A stretch of 64,000 nt of DNA from a virus, in the IMG/VR virus record IMGVR_UViG_3300042518_001860, positions 32,717 through 96,716 of that record; one strand, given 5' to 3'. Below, piece by piece: positions 19,340-28,375 of the stretch. The position numbers and the translations under genes are program-made. Below the pieces are notes generated by a model. The model was not told where the DNA came from and did no database searches. It saw only the letters and a list, made by a program, of their open reading frames with translations. Within the stretch, counting starts at the first letter, position 1, and each line of letters opens with the position of its first letter.

Positions 19340-20595
19340 TGTATCGCGGAATCGTCACCAATGTGGCCGATCCCGAGAAGCGGGGCCGGGTGAAGGTGGC
19401 CATCCCCGAGTTGTTCCACGACGTGGAGACTGGGGAGGTTCTGGACTCTCCCTGGGCAGCCGCGAAGGGGACTGGCGGCCTGAATGTGCCAGACGTCGGG
19501 ACGATGGTCTGGGTAGACACAGTCTTTTCGAGCCATCTGCACACCTATGAGCTTGTCTACGAGCGCGGTGAAAATGGTATCAACGCTCAGGGGCCCATGG
19601 TCCCGGATGTGGCTCAGGGGAAAGATGACGAGTCAGTCTGGTTGAAGGCTAGTGCCCCGTTCAGCGTGCCGAGTCCGCGTACGGCCCTCGCGCGGCGCAG
19701 TCCGACGAAGCTCCCGGGGCAGGACATCACACGGCCTGCCAACGAGGACCGCCTGGAGATTCTCGGCATCCCCCCTTCCGCCAACGCCGGCCAGTATCCG
19801 AAGAATCGAGTCTTCAAGACGCAGGGCGGTCTTCTCCTGGAGATGGACGACACCCCTGGCAGCGAGCGGTGGCAGCTTCATCATCCAAGCGGGACGAGCA
19901 TCGAGGTCGGTGCTGGCGGGACTTTCACCCAACGCATGGTCAAGCAATGGGAGGAGGTCCTCGAAACCCGCACAACGCGCATTGGTGGTGATGACCGGAT
20001 CTGTACTGACGGGAGCCGCTTGGAGGCTGTAAACGTCAATAGCGTTGAAGACGTGAAGCAGCGCAAGGTCATCCTCGCAAGTGAGATTGATCTACAAAGC
20101 CGCTTCGACTTCATCATGGAAGTCGGCTCCCACTTCTTCAGCAACGTACGGGGGTACCAGACTTTCCGGAGTGGCTCTGACACCCGTATCACTGCTGGTC
20201 GTGAACTCACCTTGACGGGCTTGGTGAGTGCCACGATGACAGGGGCGCTTTCGGCGTCGGTCACAGCACTCGCTGGGCCACTCACCCTACTCGCCCCTGG
20301 CGCCATCCTCCTCAATTCAACCCTGGGCGCTGTCGCGATCACGGCTGGAACAGCCGTCAATGTCACTGCTGGCGGCGCATTTGCGGTCCAGTCGGCTGGG
20401 ACGGCAACGTTCACGGCGCCCAGTGTGAATCTTGTAGGTGCTGTGGCCTGTGGAGAGCCCTTGAGCGCTGTACCTGTCTTGAAGGCCACTCCCGACCTCT
20501 TGGCCGCCTTGACTATGGCTTTCACAACTGCTGGCGTCGCGGGCGGCGCAGCTACTTTGGCAGCCGCGACCTCTGCTGCGCTGAGGGCAACGTAA
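19336..20595 (+). CDS. Baseplate central spike (T4 gp5/gpV-like)
   Basis: OB-fold YRGIVTNVADPEKRGRVKV; YPKNRVFKT.GG..EMDDTPGSER..HPSG; beta-helix repeats. Confidence 0.9.
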   Translation: MMYRGIVTNVADPEKRGRVKVAIPELFHDVETGEVLDSPWAAAKGTGGLNVPDVGTMVWVDTVFSSHLHTYELVYERGENGINAQGPMVPDVAQGKDDESVWLKASAPFSVPSPRTALARRSPTKLPGQDITRPANEDRLEILGIPPSANAGQYPKNRVFKTQGGLLLEMDDTPGSERWQLHHPSGTSIEVGAGGTFTQRMVKQWEEVLETRTTRIGGDDRICTDGSRLEAVNVNSVEDVKQRKVILASEIDLQSRFDFIMEVGSHFFSNVRGYQTFRSGSDTRITAGRELTLTGLVSATMTGALSASVTALAGPLTLLAPGAILLNSTLGAVAITAGTAVNVTAGGAFAVQSAGTATFTAPSVNLVGAVACGEPLSAVPVLKATPDLLAALTMAFTTAGVAGGAATLAAATSAALRAT

Positions 20596-21680
20596 TGCCT
20601 GCCACTACACCAGGTTGGATTCGATGGGACCCGATTGGGGCGGCGCTTGTTGACCTCGATCCTGCCATCTTCGATGGCGCCGCAGAGGGCCTCGAAGCAG
20701 TGGCAAATACCCTGCAGAGCGCTGTGAATATCCTGGCTCTCGTTGAGGGTCTCCTCGCCTCGGACCCGGCTAGCACTGCCCTCAGCGCTATTGTCTCGGT
20801 ACTCGAGGCATTGATGAATGACATTGAGGGTACCGACATCTACTTTATCCCTCACCTGCCACACTCGTGGGGGGATCTTCTTCATCCTTACACGATCCAG
20901 GACGTGGCTCTCGACCTCAACAAGTCCGTGGCGGACATTCTCGACCCCAGCCGTCCCATCTTCGATGCTGGTGCTGCCTTCGCGTCCACTACCTTCATTG
21001 TCGGCGCTGACAACTGGATGGACTTCCGGCGCCTGCTGAAGTTGCTCACGACCATCTTCTCCGACGACCAAGTGAGCAAGTGGACACGTCTGGCAGACAT
21101 CCGCTTCAAGTTCGACACCTATCAGCGCCGCCCTGTACCTCGTGCCGAGCGGGGTTCTCAGGGTGAAACCTGGGACTGGTCACGCACCAACTGGACGGAG
21201 CTTGTTCCGCCGGTAGGGGACGCCCTTCGCTCAGCTCGTGACTTCGCGGAGGGCTTCAACAGCGGAGTGAAGGGTCTCTCGCGTGGCCTCTCCGAGGTGA
21301 CATACATTCTTCAGGAGCGCGTCGCCTACATTCGTACCTTCCTCGAAGAATTCTCCAAGCTTGCCGCCTTCCTGGCGAACCTGAAGGAGATTGCCCCCGA
21401 GTTCGCCGTCCTGCCTATTGTGTCTCAAGACGGGGGCACCAACGAATTCACGCGGACGTTCTACTCCAGTCTTGGAGGCTCGGGGGTCGACTATGCCAGA
21501 AATGGGGCAGATAGGGACCGTGGCGGCCCCCAGTTCAAGCTCTGTGCTGGCTTTACCCTGTTTACCGGAACTGGCAATCCTCTGGCCTACTTCCGTATCC
21601 TCAAGACGTTGCTCGGCTTGCAGGTGCCTGCTTTCGAATCCTTCGCCGCCAATGTCGAGGCAGAGGCCCAAAATCTATGA
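20595..21680 (+). CDS. Hypothetical baseplate-region protein
   Basis: TAATG coupling; 361-aa ORF within the operon. Confidence 0.65.
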   Translation: MPATTPGWIRWDPIGAALVDLDPAIFDGAAEGLEAVANTLQSAVNILALVEGLLASDPASTALSAIVSVLEALMNDIEGTDIYFIPHLPHSWGDLLHPYTIQDVALDLNKSVADILDPSRPIFDAGAAFASTTFIVGADNWMDFRRLLKLLTTIFSDDQVSKWTRLADIRFKFDTYQRRPVPRAERGSQGETWDWSRTNWTELVPPVGDALRSARDFAEGFNSGVKGLSRGLSEVTYILQERVAYIRTFLEEFSKLAAFLANLKEIAPEFAVLPIVSQDGGTNEFTRTFYSSLGGSGVDYARNGADRDRGGPQFKLCAGFTLFTGTGNPLAYFRILKTLLGLQVPAFESFAANVEAEAQNL

Positions 21681-21985
21681 GCTCCATTCGCAACTTCTAC
21701 ACCACATCAAGACTTGGCGCCCTCCGCAAGCGTGTTGAACTCCTCCGATCCCAAATTGAAGGTGCTGATGCTGAGGCCCAGGCCATGGTAGGTCTCTTCA
21801 ACGACCTCATAGCCCAGATGCGTGAGAACACAGCTCCGTCTATCCCAGCAGCGCTCGAGCTACCCTTCGTCCGCGAGGAGCGGGACCGAGCGCTCGGTAA
21901 GGCTGAGAAACTGCGTCGGGAGCTCGAAGAGGTCAATCTCCGCCTGCAGAACTGTTTAGCGCTGCAACGAGGTGGTGAATCATGA
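21677..21985 (+). CDS. Hypothetical coiled-coil protein
   Basis: ATGA coupling at both ends. Confidence 0.65.
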   Translation: MSSIRNFYTTSRLGALRKRVELLRSQIEGADAEAQAMVGLFNDLIAQMRENTAPSIPAALELPFVREERDRALGKAEKLRRELEEVNLRLQNCLALQRGGES

Positions 21986-22371
21986 ATCGCGACTGTGGAC
22001 TTAAGTTCCCCTTCCAATTCTCCAATGGTCGTGCTGCTACCGTCGGTGGAGTGGAGACAAACGGTAGTCGAGATGAGGCTGTGAAGGTATGTGCCGAGCA
22101 TATCCTTCTCACAGAGAAGCGTGAGCGGGTCATGTTCTGTGAGGTCGGAGCAGGGCTCGGTCGATTCCTCTTCGATGTCCTGCCGGGCGCCGAGAATTTC
22201 ATCGTCCTCGAGGCGAGGGAGGCCATGAAGCGTTCTTGTCCTCGCGCTGTCATCGGCTCATTCAAGTATCAGATGGATCATGCGCGTGGTATCGTTGCCC
22301 TTTCCTGTGCGGTACGCCACAATGACTCGACCCAAGAGTCTGTGGTCCGCGCTGTGGTGAGGACAAACTGA
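21982..22371 (+). CDS. gp25/GPW-like sheath initiator
   Basis: GLKFPF..ILLTEKRERVM..VGAGLGRFLF..PR. Confidence 0.85.
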   Translation: MNRDCGLKFPFQFSNGRAATVGGVETNGSRDEAVKVCAEHILLTEKRERVMFCEVGAGLGRFLFDVLPGAENFIVLEAREAMKRSCPRAVIGSFKYQMDHARGIVALSCAVRHNDSTQESVVRAVVRTN

Positions 22372-24110
22372 TGGCCATCAACATCCCTCCGAACCTGACC
22401 TCGGGGAATATCCGACGAGACTTCGAGGCCATCTGGGCGGACCTTCGGAGGATGATCCCGCAGGTCGCCCCTGAGTGGACCTACTACGAGGATGATGACG
22501 TCGGAGCAGCGCTACTTCAGTTCGCCGCCTACTTGGCGGATCACGCGCATTACCGCGCTGATGCTGTCATGCGAGATGCAGTACCTACGCGCTCCCCATT
22601 TCGGGAGACTGTGCGGGAGTTTGCGGAGTGGCTTGGTTACCTTGCCCGCCGTCCAACAGCCGCCGAGGTAGACGTCACCTTCTCTATTGAGACCGCCCTC
22701 GCCGACGACCTCAGTATCCCTGTTGGTACTCGAGTATCCGGCACTGGGCCTTCTGGGTCTGTCACCTTCGAGACCACGGATGAGGTCATCCTTCCTGCCG
22801 GAGCCACCTCGGTCGGGGCGCATGTCGCTCAAGGGACAACCCGGAGTGGCGCGCTTCTAGGGTATGCCACAGGCTCGAGCTTCGAGAAGTTCGCCATCCC
22901 CGACGCGGATTGTTTGTTCAACTGGCTCGATGAAGAGATCGTAGTGACAGTTGACGGCGCGGAGGCGAACCACTACCGATGGCCGGCACTCCTGACCTCT
23001 GACGTGTTGGGGTTCTGGGTCCGTCAAAACGGCTCAGGGCTCCTCGAGATCCGTTTTGGGGACGGGACCTTCGGGAGGAGTCTTCCGCCCGGAGCGGAGG
23101 TGCGCGCCACCTACCGACGTGGTGGGGGTTCTGTCGGGAACGTTGGTGCCGGCGCCGTCGATACGGTCCTGAGCTCTGTGGAGGATGCTGAGGGGACTCC
23201 TGTCACCCTGACCGTCACGAATGACAGCATGGCCGCCCCCGGGCTCCCGGAGGAGACCTTGGCGAGCATCCGGGGGAACGCCCCTGCGTTCTTCCGTTCC
23301 CAGAACCGCGCCGTCACGGTCAACGATTATGCGGTGCTGGCCATGATGGTGACTGGGGTATTCAAGGCCCGCATTGTGACCAGCGGGGTCAATGGTGTTC
23401 GTATCGCGATTGTTCCCACTGGCCTGTCGACCGGCGTACGGGTAACCGACACTCTGAAGGCGCGCGTAGTCCGCGCGCTTGACCCTGTCAAGATGGCCAC
23501 TGATGTGGTCTCTGCCGAAGCTGCGAGGCTCATCCCGGTTGACGTCGAACTCGTTGTTCGGGCGCATCCGGGTAAGCGGAATGGAGTCGTCCGGGAGGCG
23601 ATCCGCCAGCGATTCATTAGTGACGAGGGAATCTTTGCCGAGGAGGTCAATGACCTTGGCCGGACCCTGTGGTTCAGCGACATGGTAGGAAGCATTGAAG
23701 CTGTTGACGGAGTCAACAATTTCGATGTCGTGCGATACTGTCGCCGCCCGGTGTTGACCTGGGACACCTACCTCGGAGATGCAGGGCTCTCTAGTTCCGG
23801 GGTGACGACCAACGCCACGACCCAGGCTCAAACCTGGACGATCACCATGGTCAACTCGACGGAGTTCATTGTCGAGGGAAGCGTCTCTGGCGCCCAAGAG
23901 AACACCGGTACTTTGGGTGCTGTGTACTCAGACGATGCGGGCGAGATCTCTTTCACGATTGATGCCGGTCTTGTTGATCTGGCAGAGAACGATTCTGGTA
24001 CTATCGTGGTCGGCAAACTCGTTGGGAACATCGAGATTGCACAGGATGAGTTCCCCATCTTCGACTCGAAGAGTACGCGAATTCGAGTCAGCGGAGGCAT
24101 CGGAGCTTGA
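22371..24110 (+). CDS. Baseplate J/gp6-like wedge protein (Afp11-like)
   Basis: RDFEAI..APEWT..DVG.ALL; IRFGDG.FGR; YRRGGG.GN; QNRAVT.NDY. Confidence 0.92.
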   Translation: MAINIPPNLTSGNIRRDFEAIWADLRRMIPQVAPEWTYYEDDDVGAALLQFAAYLADHAHYRADAVMRDAVPTRSPFRETVREFAEWLGYLARRPTAAEVDVTFSIETALADDLSIPVGTRVSGTGPSGSVTFETTDEVILPAGATSVGAHVAQGTTRSGALLGYATGSSFEKFAIPDADCLFNWLDEEIVVTVDGAEANHYRWPALLTSDVLGFWVRQNGSGLLEIRFGDGTFGRSLPPGAEVRATYRRGGGSVGNVGAGAVDTVLSSVEDAEGTPVTLTVTNDSMAAPGLPEETLASIRGNAPAFFRSQNRAVTVNDYAVLAMMVTGVFKARIVTSGVNGVRIAIVPTGLSTGVRVTDTLKARVVRALDPVKMATDVVSAEAARLIPVDVELVVRAHPGKRNGVVREAIRQRFISDEGIFAEEVNDLGRTLWFSDMVGSIEAVDGVNNFDVVRYCRRPVLTWDTYLGDAGLSSSGVTTNATTQAQTWTITMVNSTEFIVEGSVSGAQENTGTLGAVYSDDAGEISFTIDAGLVDLAENDSGTIVVGKLVGNIEIAQDEFPIFDSKSTRIRVSGGIGA

Positions 24111-25015
24111 GTACCACCACCTACTACAGCATCCAACTCCCTGGTGAGGGGGATCAGGATTGGGTGACCAAGCTCAATCAAGCCCTCGCCACCATCACGG
24201 AGAAGATGGTCCGCAACCAGATGCCTTCCAGCGCCACCCTGCGTTGGGGAGACATCTCAGGCGGGAACTACATCGAGGTGTCCTCCACGGACGGCGTGAA
24301 GATTGTAGGCGGACTCCACCACGGGACCACTCCAGGTCGCAGTCTCCGACTGCCTCAGGGCGAGGAGTTCCCCAGCGACCCGGCGGTGGGGCAGGTCTTC
24401 CTCCGTTCCGACGAGGGGCTGCTGTACTTCTACTATGATGGGGACTGGCAGGCACTCAGCAACCCGAGCAGCGAGTCCGTTTCGGCCGCTGGTGGCCTCC
24501 TCGTCACTGACCTCGGGACCGACTTGGGCGGCATTGTAGTTTCAGATGGTGAAGGCGCCACCGAGATCGTCGCGCCTGGAGCGGACAATACTGTTCTGGC
24601 CAGCGCCTCTGAATCGACCACCGGGTGGGCCCTGCGCACCGTGCTGCAGCTCCTCGGCTTCGCACTCGCCAAAGGCGAGCTAGCTGTAGGCGTAGGCTCT
24701 GAGACTGCGGAACCCCTGGAGCCTGGCGCTGATGGTGAGGTCCTCGTCGCAGACGCCGACGAAGACCAGGGGTTGCGCTGGGCTTCAGTTGCGGCATTGG
24801 TCAACGAGTTCTTTTCTACCAAGGGGCAGATACTGGCGCGGGGCGCTTCGGACCCTGTTGCTGTTGATGCTCCAGCCTCGAACAACCAAGTCCTCATCTC
24901 GGACAGCTCGGCAGGCGCGGGTGCGCGGTGGGCTGACCAATCCGAACTGGGGGCCCTCCCCGGGACACGAACGCGCGTGGCAGGAGATCTCTACCTGTAC
25001 GCCAACTACCTCTGA
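24107..25015 (+). CDS. Short tail-fibre-like protein with three shaft repeats
   Basis: Repeats KGELAVG..GADGEVLVAD..GLRW, KGQILARG..NNQVLISD..GARW and GGIVVSDG..GADNTVLAS..GW. Confidence 0.65.
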   Translation: MSTTTYYSIQLPGEGDQDWVTKLNQALATITEKMVRNQMPSSATLRWGDISGGNYIEVSSTDGVKIVGGLHHGTTPGRSLRLPQGEEFPSDPAVGQVFLRSDEGLLYFYYDGDWQALSNPSSESVSAAGGLLVTDLGTDLGGIVVSDGEGATEIVAPGADNTVLASASESTTGWALRTVLQLLGFALAKGELAVGVGSETAEPLEPGADGEVLVADADEDQGLRWASVAALVNEFFSTKGQILARGASDPVAVDAPASNNQVLISDSSAGAGARWADQSELGALPGTRTRVAGDLYLYANYL

Positions 25016-25024
25016 GAGAGCGTC

Positions 25025-25441
25025 ATGGCAGAGAGCGCAAACTTCATTCAGACTCCGAACAACGTGTCAATCCGGATCGACTCGGGCGACTCCCTGGAGA
25101 CACTGGATTGGCAAGCCGGGGCGAACGGCGGGCGTCTTCGGCAGATCTATGTTCGCGTGGAGGCAGATCAAGATGTGGTAGTGGCCGTCGCGATCAAGAT
25201 TGGGAACCTCATCTGGCCATTCCTTCGAACTATTCCAGCCTCCATCCCGACGACTTCTGTGGCGACCGACACTTCTCCACCCACCGCGTTGCTGCACGTC
25301 GGGTCTCTTCCGCACCTTTCGGAAGAGAACGACAATCGTGGCCTGAATTTCGCGGAAGGGGATGGGGTGCGAATGCACATTCTCACGGAACTCGATGCGG
25401 GGGAGTACGTCTACTTCTTTGCCTTCGGGGATGACTACTGA
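25025..25441 (+). CDS. Hypothetical tail-associated protein
   Basis: In the operon; beta-rich; ends FGDDY. Confidence 0.6.
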   Translation: MAESANFIQTPNNVSIRIDSGDSLETLDWQAGANGGRLRQIYVRVEADQDVVVAVAIKIGNLIWPFLRTIPASIPTTSVATDTSPPTALLHVGSLPHLSEENDNRGLNFAEGDGVRMHILTELDAGEYVYFFAFGDDY

Positions 25442-26193
25442 TGCGACCACCCTTTCCCATCAAGGATGTCGCTCGTCTGAGTTACCGCTTCCTCGATGAG
25501 GAAGGGTTGGTGGCCGACCCCCGTGACATCCGGCGCTTCACCGAGGCGCACGTCCGCGCGGACGCCGGAGACCCGGTATTGGGGGCCTTCCGACCATATG
25601 ATATCCCAGTCAGCGTGATCACAAGTGTGACTCGAGGTGTCCTACGCCTCGGTGGTGCCGCAACGTTGGCGCCCATCGCCATGCGAACGGGTTCTGTAGA
25701 ACTCGACGTTGTCTGCGAGGTGGGGCTCACGCCGGGGTTGGCAGACGCCAGTCACAACACTTTCGTTGGTTGCTTCATCGGAGTGGGTGATGATGCGGCC
25801 TTCGTTGCCCTCCATCGTGAAGGTGCGGACCGATATCTGACCGTCCATGACCCTGACGGCGGCGGTGCTGACTTTGAGATGCCCGTAGTCGTGGCTCGAA
25901 GTGGGACTATTGACTTGACTGATATGACAGTCTCGCAGGATGCCGTCTCCGCAACATCACCCCTCATTTGGGGTACACATGCGCTCCTTCGACTGCGGCG
26001 CAAGGCTACAATGATCAAGTCGTGGGTCTCAATGGACCGCGGCCACTCTTGGAACGCGGTGGGCTCGGACACCTTCATTGATGACGAGACCGAAGCCGTT
26101 CTGGGCTTGTGCATTTCTGACTCAGAAGGAGCCGCCAGTCGTTTCTACGGCGTCAAGTTCCTCAACCCTGCAAGTGATGTTGGTCTGGACTGA
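25441..26193 (+). CDS. Hypothetical beta-sandwich (lectin-like?) tail protein
   Basis: TGATG coupling; LRLRRK..SWVSMDRGHSW pattern. Confidence 0.55.
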   Translation: MRPPFPIKDVARLSYRFLDEEGLVADPRDIRRFTEAHVRADAGDPVLGAFRPYDIPVSVITSVTRGVLRLGGAATLAPIAMRTGSVELDVVCEVGLTPGLADASHNTFVGCFIGVGDDAAFVALHREGADRYLTVHDPDGGGADFEMPVVVARSGTIDLTDMTVSQDAVSATSPLIWGTHALLRLRRKATMIKSWVSMDRGHSWNAVGSDTFIDDETEAVLGLCISDSEGAASRFYGVKFLNPASDVGLD

Positions 26194-26196
26194 CTC

Positions 26197-27420
26197 ATGC
26201 CTCTCGGCCCTTACGGACAGGATCTCTACGGCGTCGGGGAAGAAGCGTACCCGTATGCTCTTAGGTCCTTCTCCGTCCGACCTGGAATGCAAGGCCCGCA
26301 GGTTGTCCTCACCTGGGGGCAGCCGAGTCTCCCTATTGCTGCCCTCGAGATCCGCCGTAAGTTGGGGGAATATCCCAGGGACATGGAAGATGGCACCCTT
26401 GTTGTTCGTGAGGAGGGTGACCCCAGTTCACTTTCGAGCTTCGTAGACGTCAGCAGTACTCTCCTCCCCGACGCCGAGCCGGGAGAGTCTCAGTGGTGGT
26501 ACTACCGCGCCTTCACGCTTCCTAAAGCTGGCGCGCTGAGTTCACAGTTTGGAGACGCCGCCTACAAGAAGTTCGTCTTCTCCGGGGTTGGGTCTCGCCC
26601 CACCACAGATGCAATTCCTACTCTTGGGAAGATGCCCCTAGCTTACCACGTCCAAAACGATGGGGGTGGCATTGCAGGTCTGCAGATCCAAACGGCGCCT
26701 ACTTCGGGGGGTCCTTGGATCACTGTAAACTCATTTGGAGTTGGAGCAGGTGCCACCGCCCGCGTTGAGGTGGCATCCTGCCTAGAGTATGTCCGTCTGC
26801 GGTGGGCTGCAGGCACGGGGACCCTTTACGCTTGGATGGTCGTTCACAATCCCCCGACATGGGGGACAGGGCAAGAAATGTGCGCCCCTGCCCTTGTTTT
26901 CAAGACAGGCAAGCACATGCGCGCTGCGATTGAGGGTGGTCACCTCCCTCACGTCTACCTCGACTACGACGTCATCAACGCCACCTCAGTCCAAGAGAGT
27001 GAGGGGGAAGACGGGGAGATCTTCAACTTCGGCGAGGATGGGCAGGCTCGAGGGCACCTCTGGAAGTTCCTCTGCATTATGCTCGCCGAGTTTGACCGGG
27101 TGGATGCCTACCTGCGAGCTGTGACCCAATACGCGCCCGACATCGACAACATGCCGGAGATGCTGTTCGCCCACGTTGCGCACCAGCTTGGTTACCCTCT
27201 TGAGCAGGGGGAAAGAGCACTTGATGATCTCCGCGCGGAGCTCTTCCGCGTGGCAGGTGTCTGGAAGGCAAAAGGGACTTCTACCCTCGTCCTCGCCGCT
27301 TGTCGACAGGTGTTTGGCCTCGTCCCGCGTGTACAGGAAGGTGCCGGCCGAGTGTTTCGGGTGGCAGATCCAGACCTCTATGGTAGAGTCTACGACAGCA
27401 ACGACTCCATCGGCGACTGA
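26197..27420 (+). CDS. Baseplate wedge protein (P2 gpI/Afp12-like, N-terminal part) with FN3-like start
   Basis: YGQDLYG; IRRKLGEYP..DG; WWYYRAF; LPHVY; LWKFL; LGY..WKAKGT..G. Confidence 0.7.
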   Translation: MPLGPYGQDLYGVGEEAYPYALRSFSVRPGMQGPQVVLTWGQPSLPIAALEIRRKLGEYPRDMEDGTLVVREEGDPSSLSSFVDVSSTLLPDAEPGESQWWYYRAFTLPKAGALSSQFGDAAYKKFVFSGVGSRPTTDAIPTLGKMPLAYHVQNDGGGIAGLQIQTAPTSGGPWITVNSFGVGAGATARVEVASCLEYVRLRWAAGTGTLYAWMVVHNPPTWGTGQEMCAPALVFKTGKHMRAAIEGGHLPHVYLDYDVINATSVQESEGEDGEIFNFGEDGQARGHLWKFLCIMLAEFDRVDAYLRAVTQYAPDIDNMPEMLFAHVAHQLGYPLEQGERALDDLRAELFRVAGVWKAKGTSTLVLAACRQVFGLVPRVQEGAGRVFRVADPDLYGRVYDSNDSIGD

Positions 27421-27422
27421 AC

Positions 27423-28004
27423 ATGGCCCACAGCATCGAAATCCTGAGTGACCCTCTCCAGTTCAACGACCGCGCCTGGCGGCTCGTAGCTGCCACCGTG
27501 GACAACAGCGGGCAGCGGAAGAATGGCAGGGCATTGACCGCTGCCATCTTCAAGCTCGAGGATGAGACGTGGTGGAACGCTACTACGAATGCGTGGCAGG
27601 CCATTCGTGTCGAGAACGATATGACTGAAACTGCGCTCGTCGGTCTGCACACTCTCGTGCTGGACAGCACAGAGCTCTCGCCGACGGGGGCGGAACTCAA
27701 CCTCGTTGTTGAAGTCACGATTGACGACCCCGCAGGTCACTCTCACATCCACTGTGTTCACTTGCGGAACAGTCTCGGTTCTTTCCCCATCGAAGACGAG
27801 GCCGCCCCTAGCGCCATCACGACAGTGGCTCAACTCTTCAATGCGCTGGCTGCCGTCGTGGCGAACAATATGTTCATTGACGACAGCGCGAAGCAGCTCA
27901 TCATCTACCAGTCTGATGGTGAGACGGCTGCACTGACTTTCGACCTCAAGGATGCTGCCGGACTGCCTTCCACGCTCGAGCCCTTCATTCGCACGAGGGC
28001 GTGA
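27423..28004 (+). CDS. Hypothetical virion protein
   Basis: C-terminal QLIIYQSDGET.ALTFDLKD.AG.P motif of phage structural type. Confidence 0.6.
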   Translation: MAHSIEILSDPLQFNDRAWRLVAATVDNSGQRKNGRALTAAIFKLEDETWWNATTNAWQAIRVENDMTETALVGLHTLVLDSTELSPTGAELNLVVEVTIDDPAGHSHIHCVHLRNSLGSFPIEDEAAPSAITTVAQLFNALAAVVANNMFIDDSAKQLIIYQSDGETAALTFDLKDAAGLPSTLEPFIRTRA

Positions 28005-28375
28005 TGGGTCTGTTGACCTTCGGCTTTGGGCCACGGCAACGCCTCGTCTCAGGAGGCCTGGGTCAGCGCGTGCAGCAGACTGCGCACCCCTCCTGGTTCA
28101 ACACCCCCGTGGTCGACCCGGACAACTACGCATCGGACCGAATGGGGCAGGATGGCGATCCCGAGTATGCTGTCTTCACCCCTGACCCAGATTGCGTGTA
28201 CAATGCTCGCGCACTTGAAATCTATTTGCCCCAGGATGTGCCGCTGCCTCCGGGTAGCATGGACCGTATCTTGAACCAGATGCGGCTCATGCGTCCGGCG
28301 ACATGCACGATTCGCGTCACGGAGAGTCGCGGCCCAGAGCGCCTCCTGATGCCTGCTTCGCGAGGTGAAGAATGA
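28001..28375 (+). CDS. Hypothetical protein; resembles the C-terminal part of a gpI/Afp12-like wedge protein
   Basis: LEIYL..DRILNQMRLMRPATCTIRV. Confidence 0.5.
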   Translation: MMGLLTFGFGPRQRLVSGGLGQRVQQTAHPSWFNTPVVDPDNYASDRMGQDGDPEYAVFTPDPDCVYNARALEIYLPQDVPLPPGSMDRILNQMRLMRPATCTIRVTESRGPERLLMPASRGEE

